From a virus (Duplodnaviria; Caudoviricetes), in IMG/VR virus record IMGVR_UViG_3300037246_001346, positions 1 through 52,911 of that record: 52,911 nt of DNA; one strand, 5' to 3'. Both the position numbers and the translations under genes were made by a program. The first letter of the stretch is position 1. Each line of letters starts with the position of its first letter. Below are positions 1-9,537 of the stretch, one piece after another. The notes below the pieces were generated by a model. That model saw nothing but the letters and a program-made list of their open reading frames with translations. It searched no databases and was not told where the DNA came from.

Positions 1-126
1 TGCTGGATACGAAATTGACTCAACTGCAGCTGCTCAAATAACTGCTGGTGCCTCTTCTGCGACTGTAGTGGATTCTACGGGATTTTCTCCTGGCATGGGG
101 TTTAGAATATATGGGGCTGGCGTAGC
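1..126. repeat. Terminal direct repeat (assembly overlap), copy 1
   Basis: Bases 1-126 are identical to 52778-52903, indicating a circular or circularly permuted genome of about 52,777 bp. Confidence 0.97.
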
Positions 127-1657
127 CACTGTTCCCTTTGTTGGTCGTATTACTACAGTAGTTGGTAACGTAGTTAGCTTTACTGGCACTACATCAACAA
201 CTGTTGCAATAGGTACCGCAGTTCATAATGAGGATAGCTATGCTATCCAAGACATAATTGACGGGGCTAATTATTCTACAGCAGTCCATCCTCATTTAGC
301 GAGAATGACCATAGACGTTCCTTCTGGACAGTACTTCATATCCAAAACTGTCATTATCAATAATAATCAATTTACTATTAGGGGTGAGGGGACTACTGCA
401 TCTAATTTTTATGCCTTTGGTTCTGACGATGTTTTTGATTTCGACCAAGTTACCAATGTTGTAACTAATGTAGATATTGAAAACTTAACTGTAAACATTG
501 CTGGGGCATACACTATATCAGCATTTGGTACTGTTGCGGGTATTGCAGATTCTCTCGATGATATAAATTTTCGTAATGTTTGGATACAGGGAAATAACGC
601 CAACTCTACAGGGATAAGTGGTCAACTCTCTTTTTATTTTAACCGTCTTACAATTGAAGGCATCGGTAAAGGGATAGATGTTCTTGGTAGTCGTATATAT
701 GGCGATACTTTGCACTTATGGAACTTATCTGGCAATTGCATTACTATGGATGAATTAGTTAATAATGGATTAACCTATGTTCCCGAATTATCCATATCAA
801 ATGTTAGGGTAGAGATATATTCGACCCTTCTCTCTACTAAAAGTGTTTTTGAACTTGCCAACATGGGAGCTGTTAATATCGCAAACTTTCACGGTAAGGT
901 TAATCCATCTGTAACAACGTCATGGAGATATTATTATGTGGCTCGTTTTATAGACAGTAAAAATATTAACATAACAAATTTATCATCAGTTGATTTTCTT
1001 AGAAAAGGTTCAACTGCTCAGGGACTTTACTTTGAAAACTGCGAAAATGTTTTTGGTAGAAATATTACAATTGAAGCCGATCTTGTTCTTGATGCTCGCC
1101 CTTCTTATGGAGTGTATATAAGAAACTGTAAACAAGTGGATATAGTAGCAAATATTATAGGTGTTGAGATTGCAGGATTTGAACTTGTTACGACAGGAGC
1201 AGGGGTCAATTCATATATTACTCTTGGTGGAGTAGTGACAGAAGCATTAGCGAGTGCTGTAAGGTTTGTAGGAGCAACACAGACACAAGTTGATGGTATT
1301 GACCTCAGTGGTTTAAAATTATATGATAATGATACTGGAGTGTCGGGAGCGTTGCCAGTAGTATACAACACATCTGCATATACAACAGTTAATGCCACAG
1401 CCTTACCGATAGATTGCCCGAGTATTATAGACAGTAGTGGTGGGGGGTTAGCTTTAACACTTGCAGATGGCCAGCATGTCGGTCAGCAAAAATATATATC
1501 AATGGTAACTGCAGGTAATAATGCCGACGTTACTATTGCCCATCACGAAACGAATGATAATGAAGTAGCGAGATTTGATGCAGCTGATGAATATTTATTG
1601 CTCGTGTGGACTGGTACTGAATGGGCTACCGTAAATAGTAGCTGTACATTTCCGTAA
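1..1657 (+). CDS. Tailspike/tail fibre with right-handed beta-helix (pectate-lyase-like) domain; 3' part of a gene starting at 52305 (about 709 aa)
   Basis: The ORF is in frame across the circular junction. It contains AIQDIID...IDVPSGQYFISKTV...IRGEG, typical of a tailspike beta-helix start, and I/N/V-rich repeats. It follows the nozzle genes. Confidence 0.8.
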   Translation, partial: AGYEIDSTAAAQITAGASSATVVDSTGFSPGMGFRIYGAGVATVPFVGRITTVVGNVVSFTGTTSTTVAIGTAVHNEDSYAIQDIIDGANYSTAVHPHLARMTIDVPSGQYFISKTVIINNNQFTIRGEGTTASNFYAFGSDDVFDFDQVTNVVTNVDIENLTVNIAGAYTISAFGTVAGIADSLDDINFRNVWIQGNNANSTGISGQLSFYFNRLTIEGIGKGIDVLGSRIYGDTLHLWNLSGNCITMDELVNNGLTYVPELSISNVRVEIYSTLLSTKSVFELANMGAVNIANFHGKVNPSVTTSWRYYYVARFIDSKNINITNLSSVDFLRKGSTAQGLYFENCENVFGRNITIEADLVLDARPSYGVYIRNCKQVDIVANIIGVEIAGFELVTTGAGVNSYITLGGVVTEALASAVRFVGATQTQVDGIDLSGLKLYDNDTGVSGALPVVYNTSAYTTVNATALPIDCPSIIDSSGGGLALTLADGQHVGQQKYISMVTAGNNADVTIAHHETNDNEVARFDAADEYLLLVWTGTEWATVNSSCTFP

Positions 1658-1689
1658 AAATAAACGGGAAGTATGAAAGTAATAACCAA

Positions 1690-2154
1690 GTGAAAAAACA
1701 CATCGCACCCTTCATTCTATACTCGGAGTACCAGTGCAGATGCTGCTCGAGACTTCCGCCCGACTTTTACTACAACGGCGGGGGCAGGGTAGATAGCCCT
1801 CCGTATCTTTATAGGGAACTCTTTGGTGGCTTTAAGACAATTCGTGAGAAATGGGGCAGACCCATAGATATAACTTCTGGTTATGTGTGTTTGAGGCATC
1901 AAAAAGACCTCTATAAGCAGGGAGTAAAAAGCACATTAATCTCTGTTCACAATTTCGGGCTTGCCTGCGACCTCGATTGTAGCGACGAAGAAGAAACAAA
2001 GAGTCTGGCTAAGTTTATAAAAAGACACTGCCCTGACCTGAGACTGGGCTGGCAAACTTATATATACAAAGGGCAGAGCTTCATACATATCGACACGGGC
2101 TACCGGATAAACCCAAGTTATAGTAAGAAATTAGTGAGAGGTGCGGAATGGTAG
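1690..2154 (+). CDS. Peptidase M15A-family endolysin (Zn peptidase)
   Basis: EYQCRCC, ITSGYVC..H, SVHNFGLACD and FIHID motifs. Confidence 0.85.
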   Translation: MKKHIAPFILYSEYQCRCCSRLPPDFYYNGGGRVDSPPYLYRELFGGFKTIREKWGRPIDITSGYVCLRHQKDLYKQGVKSTLISVHNFGLACDLDCSDEEETKSLAKFIKRHCPDLRLGWQTYIYKGQSFIHIDTGYRINPSYSKKLVRGAEW

Positions 2155-2663
2155 CCTTTGACTTTAAGAAAATAGACTGGGAGAAACTGGAGAAGCCCTC
2201 ACCTTTGTTTAGAGTCTTACAGCGTACCGAGGCAAAGGATAAAAAAATAGCACATGAACTAATGAATGGGTTCTTGAATCTTGATGACCGTTTCAGGGAT
2301 TACGAGAGTATTTATAAGTCCATGAACTACTACTTCTACTACTCGTTCAGTATTTTCTACGAGGTGGGGAAATTTCAAGCATTACTGGGTCTGACGAACA
2401 TCATCCCCAGGCATAAGTGTGATATTATGCTAAAGATATTCGACGCAGACTTCTGGGGCAGAGACTTTGTAAGGGAAACAAGGAGTCTACTGAGACTCTA
2501 TATGAAGGAGTTGGAACTGAAGAGAATCTCAGCGGAGTCACCTGACCCAAGAATTGTACGTATAGCAAAAATTATCGGCTTCAAGGTCGAGGGAATACGA
2601 AACAAGGACTTTAAATTCAACGATAAATACTATGACCTTTTCGTCATGGGAATGGAGGAATAA
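2148..2663 (+). CDS. GNAT (RimJ/RimL-like) acetyltransferase-fold protein
   Basis: C-terminal LKRISAE...AKIIGFKVEGIR...YYDLFVMGM; podoviral position between tail and ejection genes. Confidence 0.7.
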   Translation: MVAFDFKKIDWEKLEKPSPLFRVLQRTEAKDKKIAHELMNGFLNLDDRFRDYESIYKSMNYYFYYSFSIFYEVGKFQALLGLTNIIPRHKCDIMLKIFDADFWGRDFVRETRSLLRLYMKELELKRISAESPDPRIVRIAKIIGFKVEGIRNKDFKFNDKYYDLFVMGMEE

Positions 2664-2993
2664 ATGTGTTGCGAAGGAAAACCCGTAGAACAAATTTCAC
2701 AAATAAGCCCGTGGGCTGAACAACTGGGTCAGCAGACGGCAGAAATGATAGGGCAAGGAATGCAGCAAGGGGCGACACCAATGCCGCAAGATTTATTCGG
2801 GGCATACATGGGTGCTGCTCAGATGCCGAGTTTTTCGTTTGGGCCGTTACAATACCTAGACCAGATGTATGGAGGTGGGGGAAATCAGTGGCAACCCCAG
2901 CAGTTTAACCCGATGGATTTTTACCAGTCCATATATCAGCAACAACAGCCGATGCCGCAGAGACAATATGCGCAACCAGCTTCAAGAGGCTAA
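2664..2993 (+). CDS. Q/M/G-rich putative internal virion (ejection) protein
   Basis: GGAGG RBS, low-complexity Q/M/G composition, synteny. Confidence 0.5.
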   Translation: MCCEGKPVEQISQISPWAEQLGQQTAEMIGQGMQQGATPMPQDLFGAYMGAAQMPSFSFGPLQYLDQMYGGGGNQWQPQQFNPMDFYQSIYQQQQPMPQRQYAQPASRG

Positions 2994-3175
2994 ACACAGA
3001 TTCGATAATCGTTTTCCCAAAAATCCGACTCAAACGATATATTTTCGATTTGAAAGGACGCCAAAGGCTCCGCTAAAGACAATGTTTACAGAATCCGTGG
3101 AAAATTTTGCTAGACTACAAAAGGATATAAATAGAAATCGTCTGGAAACAAAATATTCGAGGTTTTTAGAGTAAC

Positions 3176-3204
3176 TTGACTTCCACTTAAGTCTTTGATA
3201 TAAT
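3176..3204 (+). promoter_or_regulatory. Sigma70 promoter for the homing endonuclease gene
   Basis: TTGACT-17 bp-TATAAT with TG extended -10. Confidence 0.8.
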
Positions 3205-3205
3205 T

Positions 3206-4027
3206 ATGATTATGAAACAATACAAAGACAAAAATTGGTTACATAAAATGTACTGGGATAAGAAATTATCGATAAGAAAAATTGCTAAAATTTGTAATAT
3301 CGGCAGGACTACGGTTTTTTATTGGATGAATAAACTTGGTATTCCTCGGCAAGACAAAGCAGACGCGTCTAAAAAATATCTAATAAATGATGCTATATTT
3401 GAGAATTGTGACACTCCAGAAAAGGCATATTGGTTGGGGTTTATTATGGCTGATGGATGTGTACATAAAACGAGTGATAAAAGTTACACCTTAGAAATAA
3501 AATTAAATCATAAAGACAAGGAACATCTATATAAATTTAGGGAGTTTCTTAATTCTGATGTGCCCATAAAAGAACGGTGGGAAACGAGCCCCCTTGTTGG
3601 AATGCGTAAATCCGCCCTAATTGTGATACACCGAAAGAAGATTGTCGAAAGTGTGGAGAAGTATGGAATTATTCAAAGAAAAACTGGCAAAGAACAAATC
3701 AAGAATATCCCCGAGAAATATTACCCCGATTTCATTCGAGGCTATTTTGATGGGGATGGTTGCCTCTGTGGTACTAGAAAAAAAGAGCGAGCGGGGATAG
3801 ATTTGTATTTTACTATTACATGCGCATCAAAATTACTCTTGACGCAGATTCAAAACATTTTAATTAAAAATCGCGGTTTATCTAAGACAAAAATTTACAG
3901 TTCAAAGAAATATTGTTATAATCTGATTTATGGTGGGAATCTTCAAGTCCCAAGGATTTTTAATTATTTATTACAAAACTCTAACGTGAAATTAGAGAGA
4001 AAATATAAAGCATTAACGGAGATATAA
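3206..4027 (+). CDS. Free-standing LAGLIDADG homing endonuclease with N-terminal HTH (likely start 3212)
   Basis: Two motifs, AYWLGFIMADG and FIRGYFDGDG; N-terminal YKDKNWL..MYWDKKLSIRKIAK HTH; AT-richer than its neighbours. Confidence 0.92.
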   Translation: MIMKQYKDKNWLHKMYWDKKLSIRKIAKICNIGRTTVFYWMNKLGIPRQDKADASKKYLINDAIFENCDTPEKAYWLGFIMADGCVHKTSDKSYTLEIKLNHKDKEHLYKFREFLNSDVPIKERWETSPLVGMRKSALIVIHRKKIVESVEKYGIIQRKTGKEQIKNIPEKYYPDFIRGYFDGDGCLCGTRKKERAGIDLYFTITCASKLLLTQIQNILIKNRGLSKTKIYSSKKYCYNLIYGGNLQVPRIFNYLLQNSNVKLERKYKALTEI

Positions 4028-4029
4028 TT

Positions 4030-4629
4030 ATGATAGACTTTACAAATTTTCCCTACCCAGAACAGTGGGGCGAAGCCAGTGATTTTTGGTCACAGATGTT
4101 AAAAACGGGGATGCCGACAGATATTTCTGATTGGTGGAAGTCCCAGCAGACCAAGGCAGGATATAACATAACAAGAGCAGGTAAAGAAGCTGCCGAGCAA
4201 TTCGGACTAGGTGGAATGCGTTATAGCACGCCTTTGGGACAACAGTTAGGGCGCATAGGTGCTGAAACTACTGCAGGAATTATGCCCGAGTATTGGCGTA
4301 TGGGCATGGGTGCTCAGGAAGCCGCTAGGGGACGACAGATGGGTGCAGCACAGAATCTTTGGGGAGCAGGTGGTGATTATGCCAGGTTGCCCATGGAAGT
4401 AGGTGAGAGAATGCTAGGAATGGGTGGGGAAGTACAACGACAGCAGATGGTTGCGCAGTACCCAGCAACGCAGGAATGGTCTCGCATGAGGCCAGAGGCC
4501 AACCCATACCTACAAATGGGTCAACAGTTTCCTTATGGACAGTTTGGACAGATGCCGCAAATGTACCAACCTAGCTTCGGTGGTCAGTTACTAGAAACGG
4601 GTGCCTCGATAGCACCTTGGTTATTATAG
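4030..4629 (+). CDS. Putative internal virion/ejection protein
   Basis: G/Q/M-rich helical composition, GLGGMRYST motif, synteny. Confidence 0.55.
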   Translation: MIDFTNFPYPEQWGEASDFWSQMLKTGMPTDISDWWKSQQTKAGYNITRAGKEAAEQFGLGGMRYSTPLGQQLGRIGAETTAGIMPEYWRMGMGAQEAARGRQMGAAQNLWGAGGDYARLPMEVGERMLGMGGEVQRQQMVAQYPATQEWSRMRPEANPYLQMGQQFPYGQFGQMPQMYQPSFGGQLLETGASIAPWLL

Positions 4630-4639
4630 AGGTGATGAA

Positions 4640-5452
4640 ATGAATGGATACGGAAGAAGAGGATACCCCATGCCGCAAGGTGGTGCGGGCTATAATCCCT
4701 ACAGTAAGTACCCTAATTTCGCGGGCATAGCACAACAGTTCATGCAGAACATGATGATGATGAAGCAGATGAAACAACAAAGAGAACAGCAGACGTGGCA
4801 GAGGGGAATGAGAGAAAAAGAATTTGGATTAAAAGAAAGACAAGCTGAACAAGTACAGCCAACTAAACCACCCACAATACCAGCAAGAGTACAAGAAGCA
4901 ATCGCAGCTACAGATCAGGGTGGTATACCATACGAAGAAATAAACTGGAGTCCTGTAGGGAAGAAGTTAGATGAGTGGCGTGCTAGACCAGAGAAGAAAG
5001 AGGAAGAAGATACGGCAAGAGCAGATGCATATACAAGGCACCGAAATTTGTTAAAAAGTGCACTGACACGATTAGGGAAAGAAAGAACAACATTAAATCA
5101 ACGGTCAAGACCCAGCCAATCAGAACTTGAATCTGGGATAATGCCAGAAAGAAAAAAAGCATTCATGGATGAGTCAAAAAACGTAGAAGAGGCACTTAAT
5201 TTATTAAGCAAGATGGAATCTTATATGGAGAGTGGGTCACCCCTTGGCAAGAGACAAGAAGCTGCCTTGAAGAAAATTATAGGAGACATTGGTGGCGTAA
5301 GAAGCGGGAAAGCATTAGAGGACATTAGAGCTTTATGGGCTAAGGAATTAGAATCACCTCCCCAAATTACCACACGGAAGCAATTTAAAAATAAAAAGAC
5401 AGGTAAATTAGACTGGTTTAGATGGGACGGGAGTAAGTGGATTAAAGAATGA
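4640..5452 (+). CDS. Putative internal virion/ejection protein
   Basis: GAGGT RBS, coiled coil, C-terminal RWDGSKW; synteny. Confidence 0.5.
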   Translation: MNGYGRRGYPMPQGGAGYNPYSKYPNFAGIAQQFMQNMMMMKQMKQQREQQTWQRGMREKEFGLKERQAEQVQPTKPPTIPARVQEAIAATDQGGIPYEEINWSPVGKKLDEWRARPEKKEEEDTARADAYTRHRNLLKSALTRLGKERTTLNQRSRPSQSELESGIMPERKKAFMDESKNVEEALNLLSKMESYMESGSPLGKRQEAALKKIIGDIGGVRSGKALEDIRALWAKELESPPQITTRKQFKNKKTGKLDWFRWDGSKWIKE

Positions 5453-7725
5453 ACGGATTACAAGCCCCCCCAGGGTACGAGGAAATAGAAGAGAAAAAGA
5501 AACCTCTTGCTATGCCTCGAATACTGCCTCCTGGGTATGAAGAAGCACCCAAGAAAGAACTTGAGCCAATCAGAAGAGAACCCGAACTGGGTGATTGGAA
5601 AAAAGAACTTCCAGGGGCAATCAAGGAAACATTAGGGGAGTTACCTGTAGCACAACTCGGGAAAAAGAAATACTGGATAGAGGCTGGTGAGAATCTTAGT
5701 AAGGGGATATCTGGGTTTCTTCAAGCTATAACTGGTATGCCAGGAAGACAGGTAGAAGAAGAAGCGAGGTTAGCCGCCATGAGAGGAGCGGTGGGAGAAA
5801 GACCGTCTCCCGTTAAGGTGGCTGGTATGATCGGAAAAGAAGTGGGGAAGATGGGTTTTGAGTTTGTGGCATTCCTACCGAAAATCGCCATCGCACTCGC
5901 CAAAGACCCAATCAAAGAAGTGAGGGACAATCCTCTCGGAGTCGGACTTCTGGTTGCTTCGGTAGTAGGAGTTTCGGGAGCTAGAATAAGGAGTAAGGCA
6001 AGGACAGGTAAACCGATACTTAAACAGGATATGGCTAAGGCTATAGATTCAATCCCCGAAAGTATTTTAACCAAGAAACAAAAAGCTAAGATAAAACCAG
6101 CACTCCCCGAGCAGATGGAGTTATCATTTGGTAAAGCAGAAGCAATAACTCCAGTACAAAAGATTATAACCGCCCTCAAGGAAGCGAAGCCACTCAGGGC
6201 AAAACAGGAAGTATTATATACGGCAGAGCGTGCCAAGAGGTTCCCAAAAGCAATGGAAGCTCTCGAAAAAGTCAGGGGAAGAAAGGGGTTTGAGGCTGCA
6301 AAAGCAAAGCTGAAAGGTGAAATGGAGAAGGTTGAATTCGAGTCTCTCAAATTGACGCAAGCTGATGTTGAATCGTTATTTAATCAAATTATTGATAGCC
6401 CAGCAGTAGCAGGTATTGAAAAAATACCAGCAGGACTAGGGCTTGCTAAGTTACTCGGAGAAAAGGGCGGTGTAGTACCCACCGCAGGTGAATTAGTACT
6501 ACTCAATAGAGTTTTTCCCAAAGAACTCGTTCAAACCATATTAAGTAAGCGTCCCCGATGGGAAAAGATTAAAGCTGGCTTAATAGAGGCAGCAAATGTT
6601 CCCCGTGCTCTCATGGCATCATACGATTTGTCTTTTATGCTCAGGCAGGGTATATTTCTTGCGGCTCGTTATCCCAAAGAGTTTCTCTCTTCTTTTGCCA
6701 AACAATTTAAGCTATTTGGAAGTGAAAAAGCATTTAAAGCATTAACTGAAAATATAGTTAATCGCCCAACTTATAAATTAGCGAAGCGTGGCAGAGGACA
6801 AAAGGAGTTGGCACTTACAGAGCTAGGTGGGCCTCTTAGCTTGCGAGAAGAGGCGTTTTTTGGAGCAGCGATGGCAGAGAAAATACCCATCGTTGGTCTT
6901 GGCGTCAGGGCATCAAACCGAGCATATACAGGTGCTGCGAATAAACTAAGAATGGATGTGTTTGATCACTTAATAAAGGGAGCCGAGAAAACTGGACGAA
7001 ATCCATGGAAAGACCCTGGGCTTGTAGACAGCATCATTGATTTTATTAATGCGGGGAGTGGGCGTGGTGCGATGCCGAAAGCACTTCAAAAATCTGCCGT
7101 TGCTCTTAATACGGCTCTATTCTCGCCTCGATTGATGAGTTCTCGGATGAGTTTACTTAGTCCCCGTTTTTATTATAAGTTAGACAAGTTTACTAGGAGG
7201 CAGGCATTACAATCTTTATTCGCATTCGCTGGGATGACCACGACTGTTTTAGCGTTAGCGAAGGCGAGTGGTGCTGAGGTAGAAACTAATCTTCTCAGCT
7301 CTGATTTTGGTAAGATTAAAATTGGAGACACCCGCATAGATATTATGGGTGGTTTTCAACAATACATCAGAACAGCAGCACAGTTTACGATGGGCAAAAC
7401 CATCAGCACAACAACGGGAAAGGTCACGAAAACTGGAGAGGGATACAAACCCATATCTAGGGGGCAAATTGTAGGCAGGGGATTAGAATATAAGTTAGCT
7501 CCTGTTGCATCTTTCGCCATTGCTTTATACCGTGGACGGAATATCTTCGGTGGGCCACTCGACATACCCGAAGAGGTTGCCAAGCGGTTCGTGCCGATGG
7601 TCATACAGGATGTAATTGATTTAGCTAAAGATGACCCCGAATTATTACCAGTATCTATTCTGGGTTTTTTCGGTACTGGGATACAAACATACGGGGCAAA
7701 GAAAAAGAAGGGGGTTATTTATTGA
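5449..7725 (+). CDS. Large internal virion/ejection protein
   Basis: 758 aa, PPGYEE repeats at the N-terminus, SSDFGKIKIGDTRIDI C-terminal region; last of the ejection-gene block. Confidence 0.6.
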   Translation: MNGLQAPPGYEEIEEKKKPLAMPRILPPGYEEAPKKELEPIRREPELGDWKKELPGAIKETLGELPVAQLGKKKYWIEAGENLSKGISGFLQAITGMPGRQVEEEARLAAMRGAVGERPSPVKVAGMIGKEVGKMGFEFVAFLPKIAIALAKDPIKEVRDNPLGVGLLVASVVGVSGARIRSKARTGKPILKQDMAKAIDSIPESILTKKQKAKIKPALPEQMELSFGKAEAITPVQKIITALKEAKPLRAKQEVLYTAERAKRFPKAMEALEKVRGRKGFEAAKAKLKGEMEKVEFESLKLTQADVESLFNQIIDSPAVAGIEKIPAGLGLAKLLGEKGGVVPTAGELVLLNRVFPKELVQTILSKRPRWEKIKAGLIEAANVPRALMASYDLSFMLRQGIFLAARYPKEFLSSFAKQFKLFGSEKAFKALTENIVNRPTYKLAKRGRGQKELALTELGGPLSLREEAFFGAAMAEKIPIVGLGVRASNRAYTGAANKLRMDVFDHLIKGAEKTGRNPWKDPGLVDSIIDFINAGSGRGAMPKALQKSAVALNTALFSPRLMSSRMSLLSPRFYYKLDKFTRRQALQSLFAFAGMTTTVLALAKASGAEVETNLLSSDFGKIKIGDTRIDIMGGFQQYIRTAAQFTMGKTISTTTGKVTKTGEGYKPISRGQIVGRGLEYKLAPVASFAIALYRGRNIFGGPLDIPEEVAKRFVPMVIQDVIDLAKDDPELLPVSILGFFGTGIQTYGAKKKKGVIY

Positions 7726-7925
7726 AAAAATCAAAAATAAGAACAGGCGTAGCCTTTGTAATTTGGGCTGTCTTGCTTACTGGTGCTTTTACATTTACCG
7801 CGAAATTCCCCGACGCCAAGTTTGACATATACGCCATGTGGCTGACGGTGGGACTAACAGCATATACGGGGAAGAGATTATTTCAGAGGCATCCAAAGTT
7901 AAATGGTCACTTAAGGGAAAAATAA
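7722..7925 (+). CDS. Putative holin
   Basis: Two hydrophobic segments with basic termini. Confidence 0.5.
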   Translation: MKKSKIRTGVAFVIWAVLLTGAFTFTAKFPDAKFDIYAMWLTVGLTAYTGKRLFQRHPKLNGHLREK

Positions 7926-8180
7926 ATGCATGAAGACGATTATCTAACTGTCGGAGATTTAAAGCGTTGGATAAAAGAATATAAATTACCAGATGATACC
8001 AAGATTTATGTTGAAATGCCATGCAATTGTACTGCGAAATCTCTTAAGGAGGCAAACCTGTCAGACTTAATATTAAAAAGGTCAAAATGGGAAGGAACTC
8101 AAAGATATATTCGAGCATGGGGGCCCTGCCTGAGACTTAAAGAAAAGAAAAGGAATTTATATATAGAGATTTATTACTAA
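7926..8180 (+). CDS. Hypothetical protein, paralog of 30075-30311
   Basis: LTVGDLKRWIK..LPDDTKIY versus LRVEDLKRWLKKLPDETRIY. Confidence 0.6.
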   Translation: MHEDDYLTVGDLKRWIKEYKLPDDTKIYVEMPCNCTAKSLKEANLSDLILKRSKWEGTQRYIRAWGPCLRLKEKKRNLYIEIYY

Positions 8181-8181
8181 G

Positions 8182-8835
8182 ATGAAAAAACTAAGTTCAT
8201 GGATATTAGTTGGCATACTTGTCCTTGGCATAGTTTTTCTTGCCCTCGACAACTGCGGCAACACCGACAAGTACAACAAGCTCAAGGGTGAATACGAAAC
8301 ATACTCTACAATATCGAAGATAATTATAAAAGAGTCTATCCAAGCTATAGATGTACAGAATGATGAAATCGGTATCTTAGCAAAGAAGATAACCTACCTG
8401 CATGGTATTATCGAGGTAAAGGATGAAGACCTTGCCGACAAAGAAGAAGAACTCGGGGAACTTAAGAGAGACTTTGCTGACCTTGAGGAGTGCCAGGCTC
8501 AGTATGATAAGCTAGTCGAGGCATTCTCGCTAGCGAAGGGCATAATAAAAGAACTGGGAAAACCGATAAAATATTATGATGAACATGGAAATAGGAAATT
8601 TAGATACCCAGAGGGAACTGTTACATTTAACTTGAATGAAAAATACGAGAAACAAATCAAAATCTCAACTTCTTATAAAACGATGTATGAATCAGAACAC
8701 ACCCTTAGATTAAGCGGTGAGAGAGTTATTGGGGAAGGTGACAAAGCCCTCAAGAAGATACGGTTATTTTCAAAAGCTAAGACAGGTATCGTCGTAGGAT
8801 TGTCTTTACTTATTCTTTATAATATGGTAAAATAA
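8182..8835 (+). CDS. Membrane-anchored coiled-coil protein, spanin-like
   Basis: N-terminal TM segment, long coiled coil, C-terminal hydrophobic tail; in the lysis region. Confidence 0.5.
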   Translation: MKKLSSWILVGILVLGIVFLALDNCGNTDKYNKLKGEYETYSTISKIIIKESIQAIDVQNDEIGILAKKITYLHGIIEVKDEDLADKEEELGELKRDFADLEECQAQYDKLVEAFSLAKGIIKELGKPIKYYDEHGNRKFRYPEGTVTFNLNEKYEKQIKISTSYKTMYESEHTLRLSGERVIGEGDKALKKIRLFSKAKTGIVVGLSLLILYNMVK

Positions 8836-8839
8836 ATCC

Positions 8840-9097
8840 ATGCCTCACCTCGATTCTAAAAAGTGGGAGAGAGTTATTCTGGGTATACTTGAAAAAGAAG
8901 ATGATTTTCGCGGAGCTTCCTTGAGTAAGAGCTTAGATTCTTTCTTTGCCCCGAGACAAAAGGAAATTATTTTCAGAAGATTATATGGATTCCCCCAGTC
9001 TAAGACGGAAAAAGAGTATTATTCCCGTATAATAAAAAAGAAACTACGAGCTTTGGCGAATCCAATGCTACAAAGACTTGTAAATTATTTACCATAA
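8840..9097 (+). CDS. Small helical, possibly DNA-binding protein
   Basis: FAPRQKEIIFRRL...KTEKEYYSRIIKKKLRALAN, a basic helical pattern. Confidence 0.45.
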   Translation: MPHLDSKKWERVILGILEKEDDFRGASLSKSLDSFFAPRQKEIIFRRLYGFPQSKTEKEYYSRIIKKKLRALANPMLQRLVNYLP

Positions 9098-9106
9098 GGA
9101 AATAAC

Positions 9107-9244
9107 ATGACAGCTGATGATGTGTATCAAGTACTCAAAGACTTTATTAAAAACGATTTTTGCCATCTTCGAAAGAAGGTAGACAAGCTACTCTGGATTA
9201 TTATTACAGGGCTGGTAACTATCATCTTTTTGCTGGTAAGATGA
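9107..9244 (+). CDS. 45-aa single-TM protein, holin/XhlA-like (absent from the ORF track)
   Basis: AAGGA RBS; MTADDVYQVLKDFIKNDFCHLRKKVDKLLWIIITGLVTIIFLLVR; ATGA overlap with the next gene. Confidence 0.6.
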   Translation: MTADDVYQVLKDFIKNDFCHLRKKVDKLLWIIITGLVTIIFLLVR

Positions 9245-9537
9245 CGAAAAAAATATCACCCATAGAAGAACATAAGCAGGCTGACCTGATTCTCATACGT
9301 GAGAAACTTTTAGGTATTATAAGGAATGAATATAAGTGTGATGTGTGTAAGGTTGCCCTAAGAGAAAAAAACCCTGTTTCTAAGGACATAACAGATGCTT
9401 CAAAACTACTTGCCCGTATGCACAAGGCTTTAAGCCCAGAGAAGATACAAGAAAGAACTCCTCAAGAAAAGAAAGCCCCTGAGCTTTCCCCTTCCGAAAA
9501 AGTAGAGGTAGACGACTTATTGAAAAATGAATCTTAA
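9241..9537 (+). CDS. Putative terminase small subunit
   Basis: Lies directly upstream of and overlaps TerL; ATG at 9241 is coupled to the upstream stop. Confidence 0.5.
   Translation: MTKKISPIEEHKQADLILIREKLLGIIRNEYKCDVCKVALREKNPVSKDITDASKLLARMHKALSPEKIQERTPQEKKAPELSPSEKVEVDDLLKNES

Noticed and set aside
1-126. Biological terminal repeat of the virion DNA
   Set aside because: It falls mid-gene, is about k-mer sized and ends in adapter sequence, so it is an assembly overlap
2994-4029. Group I intron around the LAGLIDADG ORF
   Set aside because: Only 2 nt separate the ORF from the next gene, no P7-like core was seen, and the ORF has its own promoter
5721-6350. Long antisense ORFs (for example 5721-6350, 14820-15248, 33217-33594, 51901-52254)
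   Set aside because: They are shadow frames opposite well-supported genes, without RBS or recognisable motifs
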